From: a virus
IMG/VR virus record: IMGVR_UViG_3300025674_000030
Location: 1 to 64,000 of that record
Strand: one strand, 5' to 3'
DNA length: 64,000 nucleotides
Every line of letters begins with the position of its first letter. Within the stretch, counting starts at the first letter, position 1. The position numbers and the translations under genes are program-made. The notes beneath the pieces are model-generated. The model did not search any database. It saw only the letters and a list, made by a program, of their open reading frames with translations, and had not been told where the DNA came from. Below are positions 8,954-20,600 of this stretch, in pieces.

Positions 8954-10749
8954 CCGACAGCGTAGAATACAACGCAATCAAGCAAGGACTCAAAAACCTT
9001 GCTTATCGAGGTTATGACTCGGCAGGCATTGCCGTCGCAACGTCACAAGGAGTTGTAATCGAGAGGACAGAGGGGCATCCTAAGTTCCTCCCCGACCTTG
9101 ACTTGAGAGGAACTGTTGCTATCGGGCACAACCGATGGGCAACTCACTCACCTCCAACGAAGGACAATTCTCACCCCTATACCTCTAATGATAATAAGAT
9201 TAGTCTTGTCCACAACGGAATCATTGAGAACTATGTTGAGGTCAAGAACTTTCTAGAAGGTAAGGGTTTCACTTTTTACTCTGAGACTGATACTGAGGTG
9301 CTACCAAATCTTATTCAGTATTATCTCTCTCAGGGAGACGACCTCCGCGCTGCTATGCGCCATACTGCAAAGCACGTTGAAGGCGCATTCGGCGTTATCT
9401 TCATTCACGCTGATTATCCAAACCAAATGAACTTGATGAAGCTTGGCTCTCCAATGTATGTTGGGCGTGCTGATGATTCTGTCTATGTTTGTTCTGACGC
9501 CTTCTCGTTCCCAGAAGATGTAAAAACCTATTCCTCAATTGACGATAGTAAGATCCTCATCATTCGTAAGGACTCTGTTGATGTTCAAGATCTCAATGGC
9601 ACTAAGTTAACACTTATTTTTGAAGAAAAGGATGTATCAGCAGATACCTACTGCCTTGGTAAGTACGACCACTACATGCAGAAGGAAATATACGAGCAGT
9701 TTGATTATGTTATGTCTGGGCTTATGGGAAGAATCAGAGACACAGAAATCATTCTTGGTGGCCTTCAGGACTGTATCGAAAAGTTCGCGAGCAGCAATCA
9801 GATTATCTTTACGGGCTGCGGCTCTGCCAATAATGCTGCCCGCGTCGGCGCGCTTGTTATGGAAGAAGTTGGTAGACTTATGGCCCGCAATATAGCTTCT
9901 GGCGAGTTGAAGTACAAAGACGCCCTCGTAGACGAAAAGTCTTGGCTTGTAACTGTTTCTCAGTCTGGAGAGACTGCTGATGTTATTGGCTGTATCAAGA
10001 ACATGAAGGCAAAGGGGGCTAACGTTCTCGGTATTGTAAACACCCCCAACTCAACCATTTACCAGATGACTGACTGTGGTATTCACATTCGCGCCGGCAA
10101 GGAGGTATCAGTTGCTTCAACAAAGGCCGTTACAAACCAAATTCTTGCTATGCTTCTTCTCGCCTACAAGATTGGCCTTGAGAACGGATGCTCCTATCGA
10201 GAATACAAGGAATTTGTGAGAGAAGCTCAAAAACTGCCATATTTTATTAATCGAGCCTTGGCCCAAGAAGATAAAATCAAGGGTATTTGTGACACTTACA
10301 GAGCTTCTAAAACTGCTTTCGTGATAGGTCGTAATGTCCTTGAGCCAATCGCAGATGAGATTGCTCTGAAAATTAAGGAAATTTCGTACATCCACGCTGA
10401 AGGTTACTCAGGCTCAGAATTGAAGCATGGACCACTCGCGCTGATTGATGATGAGATTCTTAATATTTGTTTGCTTGACAAGAACTTTTATCCAGAGAAG
10501 ACAATCAGCAACATAGAGGAGATTAGGGCAAGAGGAGGGAAAGTTATTCTTATAACAAACTACACAAAGAATGAAATAGAGAATAAAATCTATGATAGGT
10601 TGGTTAGCGTCGAGACCGGCAACAACAAATACATAACTGCTATGATTTTCAATGTTGTTGGTCAATTAATCTCTTACCACCTTGCTCTTCATAATGGAAG
10701 AGACGTTGATCTACCAAGAAATCTCGCTAAGAGCGTAACCGTTGAATAA
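8929..10749 (+). CDS. glmS: Glutamine-fructose-6-phosphate aminotransferase (isomerizing)
   Basis: MCGIFG Ntn start, YRGYDSAG, GHNRWATH, HNGIIEN, SQSGETAD, VASTKA, KHGP, and C-terminal PRNLAKSVTVE. Confidence 0.97.
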   Translation: MCGIFGSVADSVEYNAIKQGLKNLAYRGYDSAGIAVATSQGVVIERTEGHPKFLPDLDLRGTVAIGHNRWATHSPPTKDNSHPYTSNDNKISLVHNGIIENYVEVKNFLEGKGFTFYSETDTEVLPNLIQYYLSQGDDLRAAMRHTAKHVEGAFGVIFIHADYPNQMNLMKLGSPMYVGRADDSVYVCSDAFSFPEDVKTYSSIDDSKILIIRKDSVDVQDLNGTKLTLIFEEKDVSADTYCLGKYDHYMQKEIYEQFDYVMSGLMGRIRDTEIILGGLQDCIEKFASSNQIIFTGCGSANNAARVGALVMEEVGRLMARNIASGELKYKDALVDEKSWLVTVSQSGETADVIGCIKNMKAKGANVLGIVNTPNSTIYQMTDCGIHIRAGKEVSVASTKAVTNQILAMLLLAYKIGLENGCSYREYKEFVREAQKLPYFINRALAQEDKIKGICDTYRASKTAFVIGRNVLEPIADEIALKIKEISYIHAEGYSGSELKHGPLALIDDEILNICLLDKNFYPEKTISNIEEIRARGGKVILITNYTKNEIENKIYDRLVSVETGNNKYITAMIFNVVGQLISYHLALHNGRDVDLPRNLAKSVTVE

Positions 10750-10758
10750 GGAGTAACC

Positions 10759-10980
10759 ATGAGTAACGGAACATTTAGACTTTCAAATCAGGCACTTGGT
10801 GCTGTTATGATGGCTCTTCAAGAGTCACTTTTAAACCAACTAGACATTGTGCCAATCCTTAAGGGGTTTGAGCTAACCCAGACTGAAGATGGTCTTGTGG
10901 TTACCAATCCACCAACCGTTCGTGTAAGTAATGACCGACCAGTCACCGAAGAAGAGCTAACAAGACTGGCGGGAGAGTAG
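10759..10980 (+). CDS. Hypothetical protein
   Basis: 73-aa ORF with a strong SD (AAGGAG) directly after glmS. Confidence 0.7.
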   Translation: MSNGTFRLSNQALGAVMMALQESLLNQLDIVPILKGFELTQTEDGLVVTNPPTVRVSNDRPVTEEELTRLAGE

Positions 10981-11235
10981 TTGCCCCGCTACCTATACAA
11001 ATGTGATAGCTGCGAAGGAGACTTCGTGGCTTTTCACTCGTTCTCAGAACAAAAGGAGTCCTGCGACCTCTGCGGACATGAGAGCGTTACAAAAATGGTA
11101 GGTAAGCCGATAGTCTTGAACAAAAAGCAGGAAGATTCTAAGGCTACTGGTAACCTCACAAATGAATATATTGAAGCCAATCGTGAGCTTCTAACTGAGA
11201 TGAAGGAGGAAGCAAGCAATGGACTTTATGAGTAG
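10981..11235 (+). CDS. FmdB-family zinc-ribbon protein
   Basis: MPRYLYKCDSC...CDLCG matches the MPxYxYxCxxC...CxxCG pattern. TTG start. Confidence 0.75.
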   Translation: MPRYLYKCDSCEGDFVAFHSFSEQKESCDLCGHESVTKMVGKPIVLNKKQEDSKATGNLTNEYIEANRELLTEMKEEASNGLYE

Positions 11236-11551
11236 GCTTGAGATGGTGCTATCGCTTATCTTGTTGGTGTCACTTGGTATCAACGCGATTCTGTTTGTGT
11301 ATTCTCGCAACGTAGCACAAAAGCTTGTCATTATCTCTGCGGAGATTGATGATATGAGGACAGCCGCTGCAAGCTTTGCAAGGCATGTAAAGGCTGTATA
11401 TGAACTTGAGATGTTTTACGGTGACCAGACGTTACAAGCGCTGATGGATCACGCTCGCTCATTCCGAGAATACATGGATGAATTTGACTTTATATACATA
11501 CCAGATGAAGAGGAAGAAGATGCCGAGACGCAGCAGATCGAAGAAATCTAA
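11219..11551 (+). CDS. Hypothetical membrane-anchored protein
   Basis: N-terminal hydrophobic helix (VLSLILLVSLGINAILFVY), then a helical region and an acidic tail. GGAGG SD upstream. Confidence 0.65.
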   Translation: MDFMSRLEMVLSLILLVSLGINAILFVYSRNVAQKLVIISAEIDDMRTAAASFARHVKAVYELEMFYGDQTLQALMDHARSFREYMDEFDFIYIPDEEEEDAETQQIEEI

Positions 11552-12212
11552 TCACTATTTTACCAAAGAGCACGAAAATGCAATCATAGAATATTGTTCT
11601 ACTGATTGCAACAAAAGAAAGACTGAAATATATGTCACCATGTTGCGACCTGCATTTAGTGAAATGGTAGATAAGATCGTTTTCACGTATAAGTTTACAA
11701 CATTGCCTAATATAGATTCTCTAAGAGAAGAGTGCAAAGTCTGGTTGATGACCATACTCGATAAGTTCCAGCCAGATAAGGGGCATAAAGCTTTTTCTTA
11801 TTTCTCAGTTATTACAAAAAACTGGTTCATACACAAAGTCAAAAAACAAAAAAGAAAAAATCAACGTGAAGTACAATATGATGCTGCACCCAAAAGATAT
11901 GAACAAGAATACCTTGCATCAGAAGACACTTGGGTCACCAATCGATTAGAGCAGGAATTTTGGAAATCATTTTATGAAGACATGAAAACATGGAAGTTCA
12001 ATGATATGAGAGAGAATGATGAGCGCGTGTATAAGGCAATCATCGTTCTATTTGAGAGTAGAGACGACATAGAAATTTTTAACAAGAAAGCTATTTACCT
12101 TTACCTGAGAGAGATAACTGGTCTCAACACAAAGCAGGTTGTAAACTCTTTGAACAAGTTCAGAGAACATTATGCAGATTTTAAATCTGATTGGGAAAAT
12201 GGCAAGATATGA
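11520..12212 (+). CDS. Phage RNA polymerase sigma factor (T4 gp55-like late sigma)
   Basis: HYFT N-terminal motif and sigma region-2-like ILDKFQPDKGHKAFSYFSVITKN. Lies at the head of the structural module. Confidence 0.65.
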   Translation: MPRRSRSKKSNHYFTKEHENAIIEYCSTDCNKRKTEIYVTMLRPAFSEMVDKIVFTYKFTTLPNIDSLREECKVWLMTILDKFQPDKGHKAFSYFSVITKNWFIHKVKKQKRKNQREVQYDAAPKRYEQEYLASEDTWVTNRLEQEFWKSFYEDMKTWKFNDMRENDERVYKAIIVLFESRDDIEIFNKKAIYLYLREITGLNTKQVVNSLNKFREHYADFKSDWENGKI

Positions 12213-12496
12213 GTGACGAATTTGACGATTTGATGGACGAGGCAATAGAAAACATTCGCAATGACCGCAAGGTTGCGCGAGAGTTTTTGAATGAGCTTGC
12301 AAATCAGATTGCTCAAAATGCAGAAAATAACAGAGCACTTTCCCCCGTAGCTGCCAAACATATTGAAACCATGCAGCGCTCAAACGAACAACTAGTGAAA
12401 GTTCTCACCCTAAAACAAAAGGAGAGAACCAAAGAGGTGGGTCTGTCTGATGAGGATAAGGCTAGTCTTTTTGATATGATCCAAGGGGAGTCTTAA
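12209..12496 (+). CDS. Hypothetical helical protein
   Basis: ATGA overlap with the sigma gene stop; coiled-coil-like sequence. Confidence 0.65.
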   Translation: MSDEFDDLMDEAIENIRNDRKVAREFLNELANQIAQNAENNRALSPVAAKHIETMQRSNEQLVKVLTLKQKERTKEVGLSDEDKASLFDMIQGES

Positions 12497-13683
12497 TGGC
12501 GATTAAAGACAACATAGACTTTTCAACCTTCACTGATAGCAAATCTTCTAAAGATTTGTTTTCTAACTCAATACGAAAAGCTTTTACCTATGATTCGTAT
12601 GGCGATAGAACTACATTTCAAGCCGTTGTTATATCAGACCCAATACCAGTTAGTCCCAAAGATTTAGAGTTTTTTACAGGCGAACCCGGCTTTGTTGGGA
12701 AAGCTATCAACACTATCAATAATACCACTACTCAGTTTACTTATAGAGCGAGAATAATAGGCACCAACTCTCCACATTCATTTTTACCAGACCCATGTGA
12801 TCCAGCTTATTCTTCTGAACCTGAAGAGTCTTTCAAAATAATAGCAATGCACACTTTGTTTGTTTCTAACGAAGAAGGGGGTTCTGTCAACTCTTTGCCT
12901 CGCTTTGGTTCTGTCGTTGAGGTAGAATTAAAAAAGAATGTTTTTGGTTATGATTTGCAATACGGAAAACATATCAAACTAGTGTCCAACCCTGAAACCA
13001 ATAAAGAAGCTGCTGAAGCATGTGACACCTTAGAGGCATCTATGGCAAGAGCAAGTGGACAGCCAATATCGTCTTATGCTTTCGGTGAAGAATCTGGGGG
13101 CCCGCCACTCGATGATCCCAAGGTTCAAGAAATTTATGATGAGTATGTAAAGAGATATGGGCTTGAACTTGCGCCACCTGATGGGATGTGTGGAAACTTG
13201 CCGGACTATCCATTGGAAAAGTGTAAGACAGGTACAATAGGCTCTGTGACTGTCACTTTGCATCCCAAGTTTTTTGACAAAGTTAAAGAAAAGTATGATT
13301 TAGTTAAAGCGCAAAACTTTAATGAAACATTTGATGGGGGTTCAAGCATAAGAGTTTTGAAAAAACAAATAAGCCTAAGAATCAATAACTCACAAGCAGC
13401 GGGAAATCAACTCAGCCTCGATGAAATGATTGGGGGCTCTTCTGGTTTGTGTGATCCGCCCACCGCCCCTTTGCCAACAAGCCCCGGAAAAGGCTCTAGA
13501 CACATTTATGGCTGTGCCATAGACTTTGGTGGAATTTTACAAGAAGAAGGAGTAAAGGCTGCAAAGCTCTCTAACTCAATAGCTAGAAGGTCAAAGACAT
13601 ACAAGTTTCTCCTGTCCCTACAGGAGCCGGGCTTTAAGAACTATAGTGCCGAACCATGGCACTGGAGCGTAGACGGTAGATAA
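12496..13683 (+). CDS. Baseplate hub/gp5-like protein with C-terminal M15 (D-Ala-D-Ala/LAS) zinc peptidase
   Basis: C-terminal SRHIYGCAIDF (SxH-x6-D) and EPWHW motifs of M15 peptidases. N-terminal LPRFGSVVEVEL resembles the gp5/VgrG OB fold. Confidence 0.6.
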   Translation: MAIKDNIDFSTFTDSKSSKDLFSNSIRKAFTYDSYGDRTTFQAVVISDPIPVSPKDLEFFTGEPGFVGKAINTINNTTTQFTYRARIIGTNSPHSFLPDPCDPAYSSEPEESFKIIAMHTLFVSNEEGGSVNSLPRFGSVVEVELKKNVFGYDLQYGKHIKLVSNPETNKEAAEACDTLEASMARASGQPISSYAFGEESGGPPLDDPKVQEIYDEYVKRYGLELAPPDGMCGNLPDYPLEKCKTGTIGSVTVTLHPKFFDKVKEKYDLVKAQNFNETFDGGSSIRVLKKQISLRINNSQAAGNQLSLDEMIGGSSGLCDPPTAPLPTSPGKGSRHIYGCAIDFGGILQEEGVKAAKLSNSIARRSKTYKFLLSLQEPGFKNYSAEPWHWSVDGR

Positions 13684-14676
13684 ATGCCAATAAAAATATC
13701 AGACAAAGGCTCTCCCACAGAGGAGCGCATAAAGCAAAAAAAACACATTAACACAACCCCATCCGACAGTGGCTTAATGCACGCTGATAATGGGGATAGT
13801 GAACGTGGTCCACAATATAAGACTGCGCCTAATGAAAAAATCTTTTCCAAAAACAATGCCTATATTGTTCTTGGCACTGATAGACCTTCCTCTATGGCCT
13901 CTGGTTATGGCGCCAAGGGAAGCAACAGGGCAGCTACCATAGATTTGGTAGCCGGTAGAATGTCATCTGCGCGTGGTGGCAAGGGTGTCAAAGACTTAAC
14001 GCACGTTGATAACAACTTTGCAGCAGATGCAGCCAGAGTTTACATAAGCCAGTTAACAGATATTGATACCAACTTTGGTATTGTTGAGGGCTCAATAGGA
14101 AACATCAAGGGAAGAAGCGCGGTTGGTATAAAAGCTGATGGTGTTAGAGTATTTGGTCGAGAGGGCGTAAAGATTGTTACTGGCCGTGGTAACAACTGGA
14201 AAGGTTTTGGACTTAAGGGTGAGACAAACTCACTCGGTGGTAAAATCTCACAACCAGCCCCCGGTATTGAACTTATTGCTGGTAACAACACAGAACCTAG
14301 AAAGGTTTGGGGTGGTATAGCTAACCCGGTGGAAACAATAGAGACATTGCAGCCCATAGCGATGGGATACAACACTAGAGACGCTTTCAGGGAACTTGGT
14401 GAGATTATAGAAGAAATACTTGGAGCCCTTATTAACCTCGGTATTGTGCAAATGTCTGTCAACTCTGCTACTGCCGCAGCCTTTGCATCATCTGGTGTTT
14501 ATCCGCCACACAGCGTTGCAGCAGGCGTCATAGGCTCAGCTAACTCTGCTCTTATCCCTACATCTGTTATGAATCCACTATACCACGCAAGAGTCAATAA
14601 AACTATGTGGGAGTTTAACCACCTGACTCCATTTGGTTACAAATTTATTTGCAGTAGAAGTGTCAAGTCAACCTAA
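13684..14676 (+). CDS. Putative baseplate spike/hub protein
   Basis: Gly-rich beta-strand repeats (IDLVAGR, VGIKADGVRVFGREGVKIVTG, IELIAGN). Position between the hub protein and gp25. Confidence 0.45.
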   Translation: MPIKISDKGSPTEERIKQKKHINTTPSDSGLMHADNGDSERGPQYKTAPNEKIFSKNNAYIVLGTDRPSSMASGYGAKGSNRAATIDLVAGRMSSARGGKGVKDLTHVDNNFAADAARVYISQLTDIDTNFGIVEGSIGNIKGRSAVGIKADGVRVFGREGVKIVTGRGNNWKGFGLKGETNSLGGKISQPAPGIELIAGNNTEPRKVWGGIANPVETIETLQPIAMGYNTRDAFRELGEIIEEILGALINLGIVQMSVNSATAAAFASSGVYPPHSVAAGVIGSANSALIPTSVMNPLYHARVNKTMWEFNHLTPFGYKFICSRSVKST

Positions 14677-14695
14677 ATATAGAAAAGAGTAAAAG

Positions 14696-17600
14696 ATGGC
14701 AGAATCTAAGTTTTTAAAATACCAAGACAAGAATAGGGATTTTTTGATTGATGTATGTGAAGTGGATCTTCCACCTCCCGAAGAACAGGTCTGTAAAGAC
14801 TGTGTTCCAAACCCAAAGGCTCTTATTCCAAACTGGAAGACCTTTGAGGATCTTACTCCTTTTCTCAACGAGAAAATCTGCCAGTATCAAATTGCCATAA
14901 CTACGCCCGAGACCTCTACCGGTGCCTCTTTGGATTCTACCGAGTTAGAGGCACAAGAAGCGCTACAAGAATTGTACGCTCAATACTCTGAAGAAGCTAT
15001 CGAAGCTTTTCTAGAATATTACCAAAAGGCTGTAAACGACCCCAATCTCTTAAAAATGAGAGAATCTATTGATTATCGTGATTATGATTTAGATGCCCGC
15101 CCACTATCTCATTTAAAACTTTTATACTCTTTTCCTTTTGAGATACTCTCATCTCTAGAAGATGAGGAACCCGAAGACGACGAAGCTGAAGAGGCTGATG
15201 GAGAAGATATAGTCGTTGAGTTTGGGGCCACCCGCATGAACCCGGATTTGATTCGAGTCAGAAAGGCTCTCAATCTTTATGCAAGATATGAGAAGGTTTA
15301 TCGGTTTACCGATGGTGGCTCTTTGAGGTTCTTGGAAGCTGGCGGGCTCTTCAATCTAGAAAACTACGGAGACGCTGGACTTGTTGCTGGCTCTTCAATC
15401 ACTTCAAATTTGATACCACAACTTGATGCGTTCTTGAATGAAAAGGGGTTTAACATTCCCGGTGTTGGTGGTCTTTCTGGTATTTTTGAAGATAAGGTTA
15501 CAAAGATAGAGTTCACCTTTACGCCACAATATAGGGTTAAGAAACTAAGAATATACACACAAACATGTGGAGAAAAACCAGTAGTTATAAAAAAACTCAA
15601 AAGACTGAACAAAAAGCCAAGCTGGCGAGACAGAACGGCGGTTGCATATTTCGCCCAGATGAAGAAGATGGAAAGAGATTTAACCGCCAGAGTCCCCAAG
15701 CCTTGGCTGGAGTTTGTCAAGGAATACACCTATCCAGAAATTGAGTCTGTCACTAACGCTGGCTATAACAATACAGATCCAGAGAATAGCGTTACCTCTT
15801 GTATTGCATCGAACCTAGAGGCAGAGGGCAAACAACTTGGCCAAGACATCTTGGATGATGTTTTTGGTATTGGTGATGCCATTGCATTACAGTTCCACAA
15901 GGCGCTTTGTAATGAAGACTATCAAGAAATGATAGAGCAAAAAATCAAGTTTGGGCAGATACCCTCAGAAGCCCTCTTGGTTTCTGCCCAAGGGAGGGAC
16001 GTAGATCAAATAGATGCAGCCAGATTCTCACCAACCGGAAAGCAAGGAGAAGTTAACAAAAACATTGGTGCTTTTGCTATAGAGCAAGCCTTCAGGGAGC
16101 TAGACGAAAGGGACCAAGTGTTTTCTAACTTTTGCGCTCTATTGCTTAGTGGCACTGTCGGTGGTGGTGATTTAACAAGACAGCTTGATTTGCTATGGGC
16201 CAACGGGCTTGATAAGATTCGAGTTTGTGGTCTGTTTGATTTGATGCTTGATGCCATTCAGTGTCTATTTAAGGGCCTTACTTTGGAAGAGGCATTGGCA
16301 AGTATGCTGCAAGCCGCCCTTAAGGCAATGTCTATAGAAAACTTCGGTGATTTATTTGTTGGACTCCCTCCTGACAAGCAACAAGAGTTAGACGAGCTTG
16401 TACAGAGAAAGCTTGCCAGCGGCGATATATTCAGACCAGACTCGCAGCAGCAAAGGGTTTCTGATGAATCTGCAAAGGGTGAAAATGCTAGAATAGATGT
16501 TGATGAAGATCCTTCGCTATTTGGCAATATTCGGTTTAACAAGCCTTGGGAAAATCCAGAGCTTGTTAGTGAGCAAAACGAGAAACTGTTGCGTGAAAAC
16601 TCTTATAGCAGCGAGTCGCCAACAGGAATCCCGCCCGCAAACACAAGAAAGTCAGACGTTGGGGATGCCACGGCAAGAGCGCAGCTACAGAATGTGGGCT
16701 CTGAGCTTAATCCTGCACTAATCATGGATGCTTATGCCTCTGCTCTTATAGAAGTTTACAGCGAGAACCTTCTTGACCTACTTGATATCTTAAACAGATT
16801 TCCCGGCGCACAAATCATTTCAAAGATCATTGCCTTGATTGACTGCCCCATACCACCTATTTTTGATCCAAGTTTGATGGATTTCTTGAAAGACATTGAG
16901 TTGCCATTTTGTAGAAACACTCAGCATATTGGCCTGCCCAGATTGGAAAACCCCTTTGCCTATCTTCCAAAGCTTAAAGACTTGTTCAGGCTACTATTCC
17001 AAATCATTAAAATTGAACTGCAAAAGCTTGTCGTCAGGATTATTGTCAAACTGATCGTTAAAATATGTGAGCTAATCGGAAATGCGATTTGTAAAGCACT
17101 AGAGGCTGTTGGTGATATTGCAGCCGCACTACCAGCTATTGCTACCGGTAGATCAACTTTCAAGGATGTAATCAGAGAGACAATATGTGGACCTGACACA
17201 GATGAAGAAAGAATAGATGACACAATCGTTGACATGTTCCAGAAGATGGGTGCTGGAGGCGCAGCGTTTGCGGATCGAGCAGCAGTCATGTCATTTGCGG
17301 AAGACATATCGGCCACAACAAGTCGAAGAGAGCTTACAGACGCTGTTTTGGGTAATCCATCAGAGACTTTTTTGAGTGTTATGCAGAGCTTGATTGAATT
17401 TGAGCATCCTCAGTTTGCTGAAGCATTCAATAACAGAGAAAACATTAGCTCTTTCTTTGGCAACATTGGCAATCTAATGCCCACAGATGCTAAGCAGGCA
17501 TTAAGAGATTTCTCAGCAGGTCTATCGGAAGACGACCAGTTGCCGGCGAACCCCACACTTTGTGCAACTGCGGAACAAGTCGAAGATTTCTGTAATCTCC

Positions 17601-20600
17601 GCGCTGGGCTTTTGGAGGGTAGAGCCTCGCCAGAGCAGATAGCCAAGCTTTGTGATAGTGCGAGAGATACTTTCAAAAACGATATAGAAGACTTAGCAAC
17701 GATTTTGAATGATGGTATACCAAACTACCTCAACAACAATATGCCCCCGATGATCTCGGATCCCGGTTGCAACAACGGTTTACTTCCATTCGAGCCAGAA
17801 GAGATAACAAAAGCAACCACTAAAACACTCGATGGTAATATGGAGCAGTTGAAGATTGCTTACACCTACGATATGATTGGTAATGGCCCGCTTGAAAGAA
17901 ACTGGGGTTTCATAAACATGGTGCTCTCTGATACAGAGGGCAATCCATATACTTCTCACTTGAGAAAGTCAGCCAACTCTGGTCGTATATTCAAAAAAGA
18001 TTTTGTTGATTTTTATGTTGATAGTGAATCCGAAGCAGATGAAGACACAAGATACACCAAGCTGTCACGACAACATGGTGCGTTCCCAATCAAAGTTGCA
18101 GACTGGCTTCAGGAAGAGATGCCAAGACAAATTGCTGCTGGAAGCTTCAACTCAAATAACGACGAGAGAGATAACCAAATCTTTACCAAATCATTTGAAG
18201 ATTTAAACTTTACTGGCCTATTTGGAGACGTTGACTTGCTGGCATTGCCAGATTACGGATACAACACCGATGTAAGCGCAGACTTCAACAACCAAAATGT
18301 TAAATTTAACAAAAAAGCCAGAAAGGCAAACCCAGATTTATCACTACAGTTTAGAGACAATGCTAAGGGTACAGGCATGTTCTCTTATGGATTTGAACTT
18401 GAACTATATCTCTCGGATATTGTGAAAGAGGATGGCGAATTTAAAAACAGACCCGACGATAACTGCCGCATTTTGATTAGAAATATAGTAAACACCAAAG
18501 CCAAGGTAAGTGCTGCTGATGGCTCTTATTCTGATAAAAACGAAGAATCAGAAAAAAGCTCCAAGAATGAAGAAGAGTCAATCTTACGTTGGAGAGCATA
18601 TGAATTCCTAGCTACAGATAATGGTCTTGATGGAATAGATATGACCGCTTATCCAAGATACTATGAGACTACTAGAAGAGCGAAAGGTAACATACCTCAA
18701 GTCTATCTCCTGCAAGATATTTTAGAGAAAAATGCTTCCGATTCGCTTCCAAGCCCTTCAGAAATCAAATCAACCCATGATCTCCTTATGAATTCTATTT
18801 TTCAGAGGTTTGCTCAAGAGATTTACAACAACGACTCTGCCTTTGTATATGGCGCCGCACTTGATGATTTGACCTATGAAGACATTGAATATCTCGACCC
18901 CAATACTGGTGAGCTTTATGAAGACTCTGATTACACCAATGAGGACGCAATACTTGGCGTTAGTAGAGACCAGTTTGTGAATGGTGATGATGCAAGGGTG
19001 ATTTATCTTGATCCTGCTAAATTTGGTGGCAACTATATCAATCCACCACTGTATATCAAGCCTGTGAAAAATGATGGCTGGCTTGGGATGATCGATGTGA
19101 TGTTCCCAGAAATAGGGCCATGTAAGCCCTATAGGGCAGATTTAGTAGATTTTGGCTCCATTCAGCAGAGAATCAATGAGTCTTACGGTTCGATACCGGA
19201 AGATGAGAGGCTTAGAACTGACCCTGATTGTGTAAGAGAGGAGCCTTATAACAGAATTCTAGAACGTCCGTCGAAGGCTGGTATCGAAGGGCTCATTAGT
19301 GCGGCGGTAAGAATCTACTCAAGCCTTCACATACTAAAGGCTTTGGCCACCTATACCAAGTTTAAGCCCGACTTCAGTGAGACTTTTAGCAGAATCAATG
19401 CACAATATGTCATTGAAAAAATGGAAGAGGATTTTAAAGATGCTCAGCCAAGTGCGTTCTTTGAGTTCTTCAATCCATTCAAAGATCAGGAATTCTGGTA
19501 TGCTTTCTTGGAGCAGTCTGTTCAGACCTACGCCAGAAGGTACGCCAATGACCAACTACCAGATCCGCCTGCGGCAGTCGTTGATGCGCTAACAAGAATA
19601 GAAGAAGTCATCAAAAAGCACAGAAACATCTATAAAGATACCTACAACACCAAGGATGGTAGAACCATTATTGGGCTAAGAGATGCCAAAAAGATTGGCG
19701 ATGCATCGTTTCTACAAAGCTTGAAAAACTACAGAGCAGACAAGAACCTTGAGGTTGTTCAGGAAACCGAGGCAGATGCAAAAATTATTTTACAAGAACT
19801 GGTCATCGAAGAGCTTAACTATATGGGCGATGTGTTCATAAAGAATCTAGAGGGAACATCGTTCGCTAATAATGATATGATATCAAGTTTGCCCAAGTTC
19901 CTGCTCGAATCTTTGACTGAAGGCTCTAGCCTTGACATAGATAAAGAAATAAAGCAAGAAGTAGTAGATTTGGAAACAGAAGGGGAAGATCTTTACACAA
20001 GTGGTGGAGAGCTTATAACCTTGGACGGCGAAGATTATGTTGGTTATTATCATGTTCATGTTGATGAAGATGGTGAGTCGGTATATATGGAGGGCTCCTA
20101 TCATTCTGAAGAAGACCACGACATTCTTGTGGTTTCTGCGAAGAAAATAATTGTACCCATTGGTGATATTTCTTGGCGAGGAGAAGCACCCGAGCCAAAT
20201 ATTGCCAAGCCATTTAAGCTTGAAAAGTACATAAGACTTGGAGATCAATTCTATTCTAGTAACCAAGCAGCTAGAGACGAACTGAACAGGAGAACTACCA
20301 CCCCTGAGCAAACAAACATTTCTGATTTGTTCCCCGGCACTATGGAGCTTGTGTACGATGAAAACGGGGTAGAGATAGGGATTACTGGCGAGCTTGGTGC
20401 GCGCTACGGACTTGAGTTTTCTATTGCCGAAGGTGTGTTGGCTAGGGTGGAAGTTGATGTTTTGGATTTGCCAGTCTCCCAGTTCCAGTTCTTAGAAGAT
20501 AACTCCAAGCTGCTCCTTTGTTTGGTTAACAACTTGCTGGATGATCCAGATTTTAATGCAGTTGTAAAGTATATCTTCCCACTTAGCAAGGTTCTTTCTA

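Noticed and set aside
1-10749. Bacterial LPS/capsule locus, implying a host chromosome or prophage flank
   Set aside because: It is contiguous and co-oriented with phage genes through tight junctions, and there are no housekeeping, export or integrase genes.
12209-12496. Terminase small subunit
   Set aside because: Size and helicity fit, but there is no diagnostic motif and it lies far from TerL; left as hypothetical.
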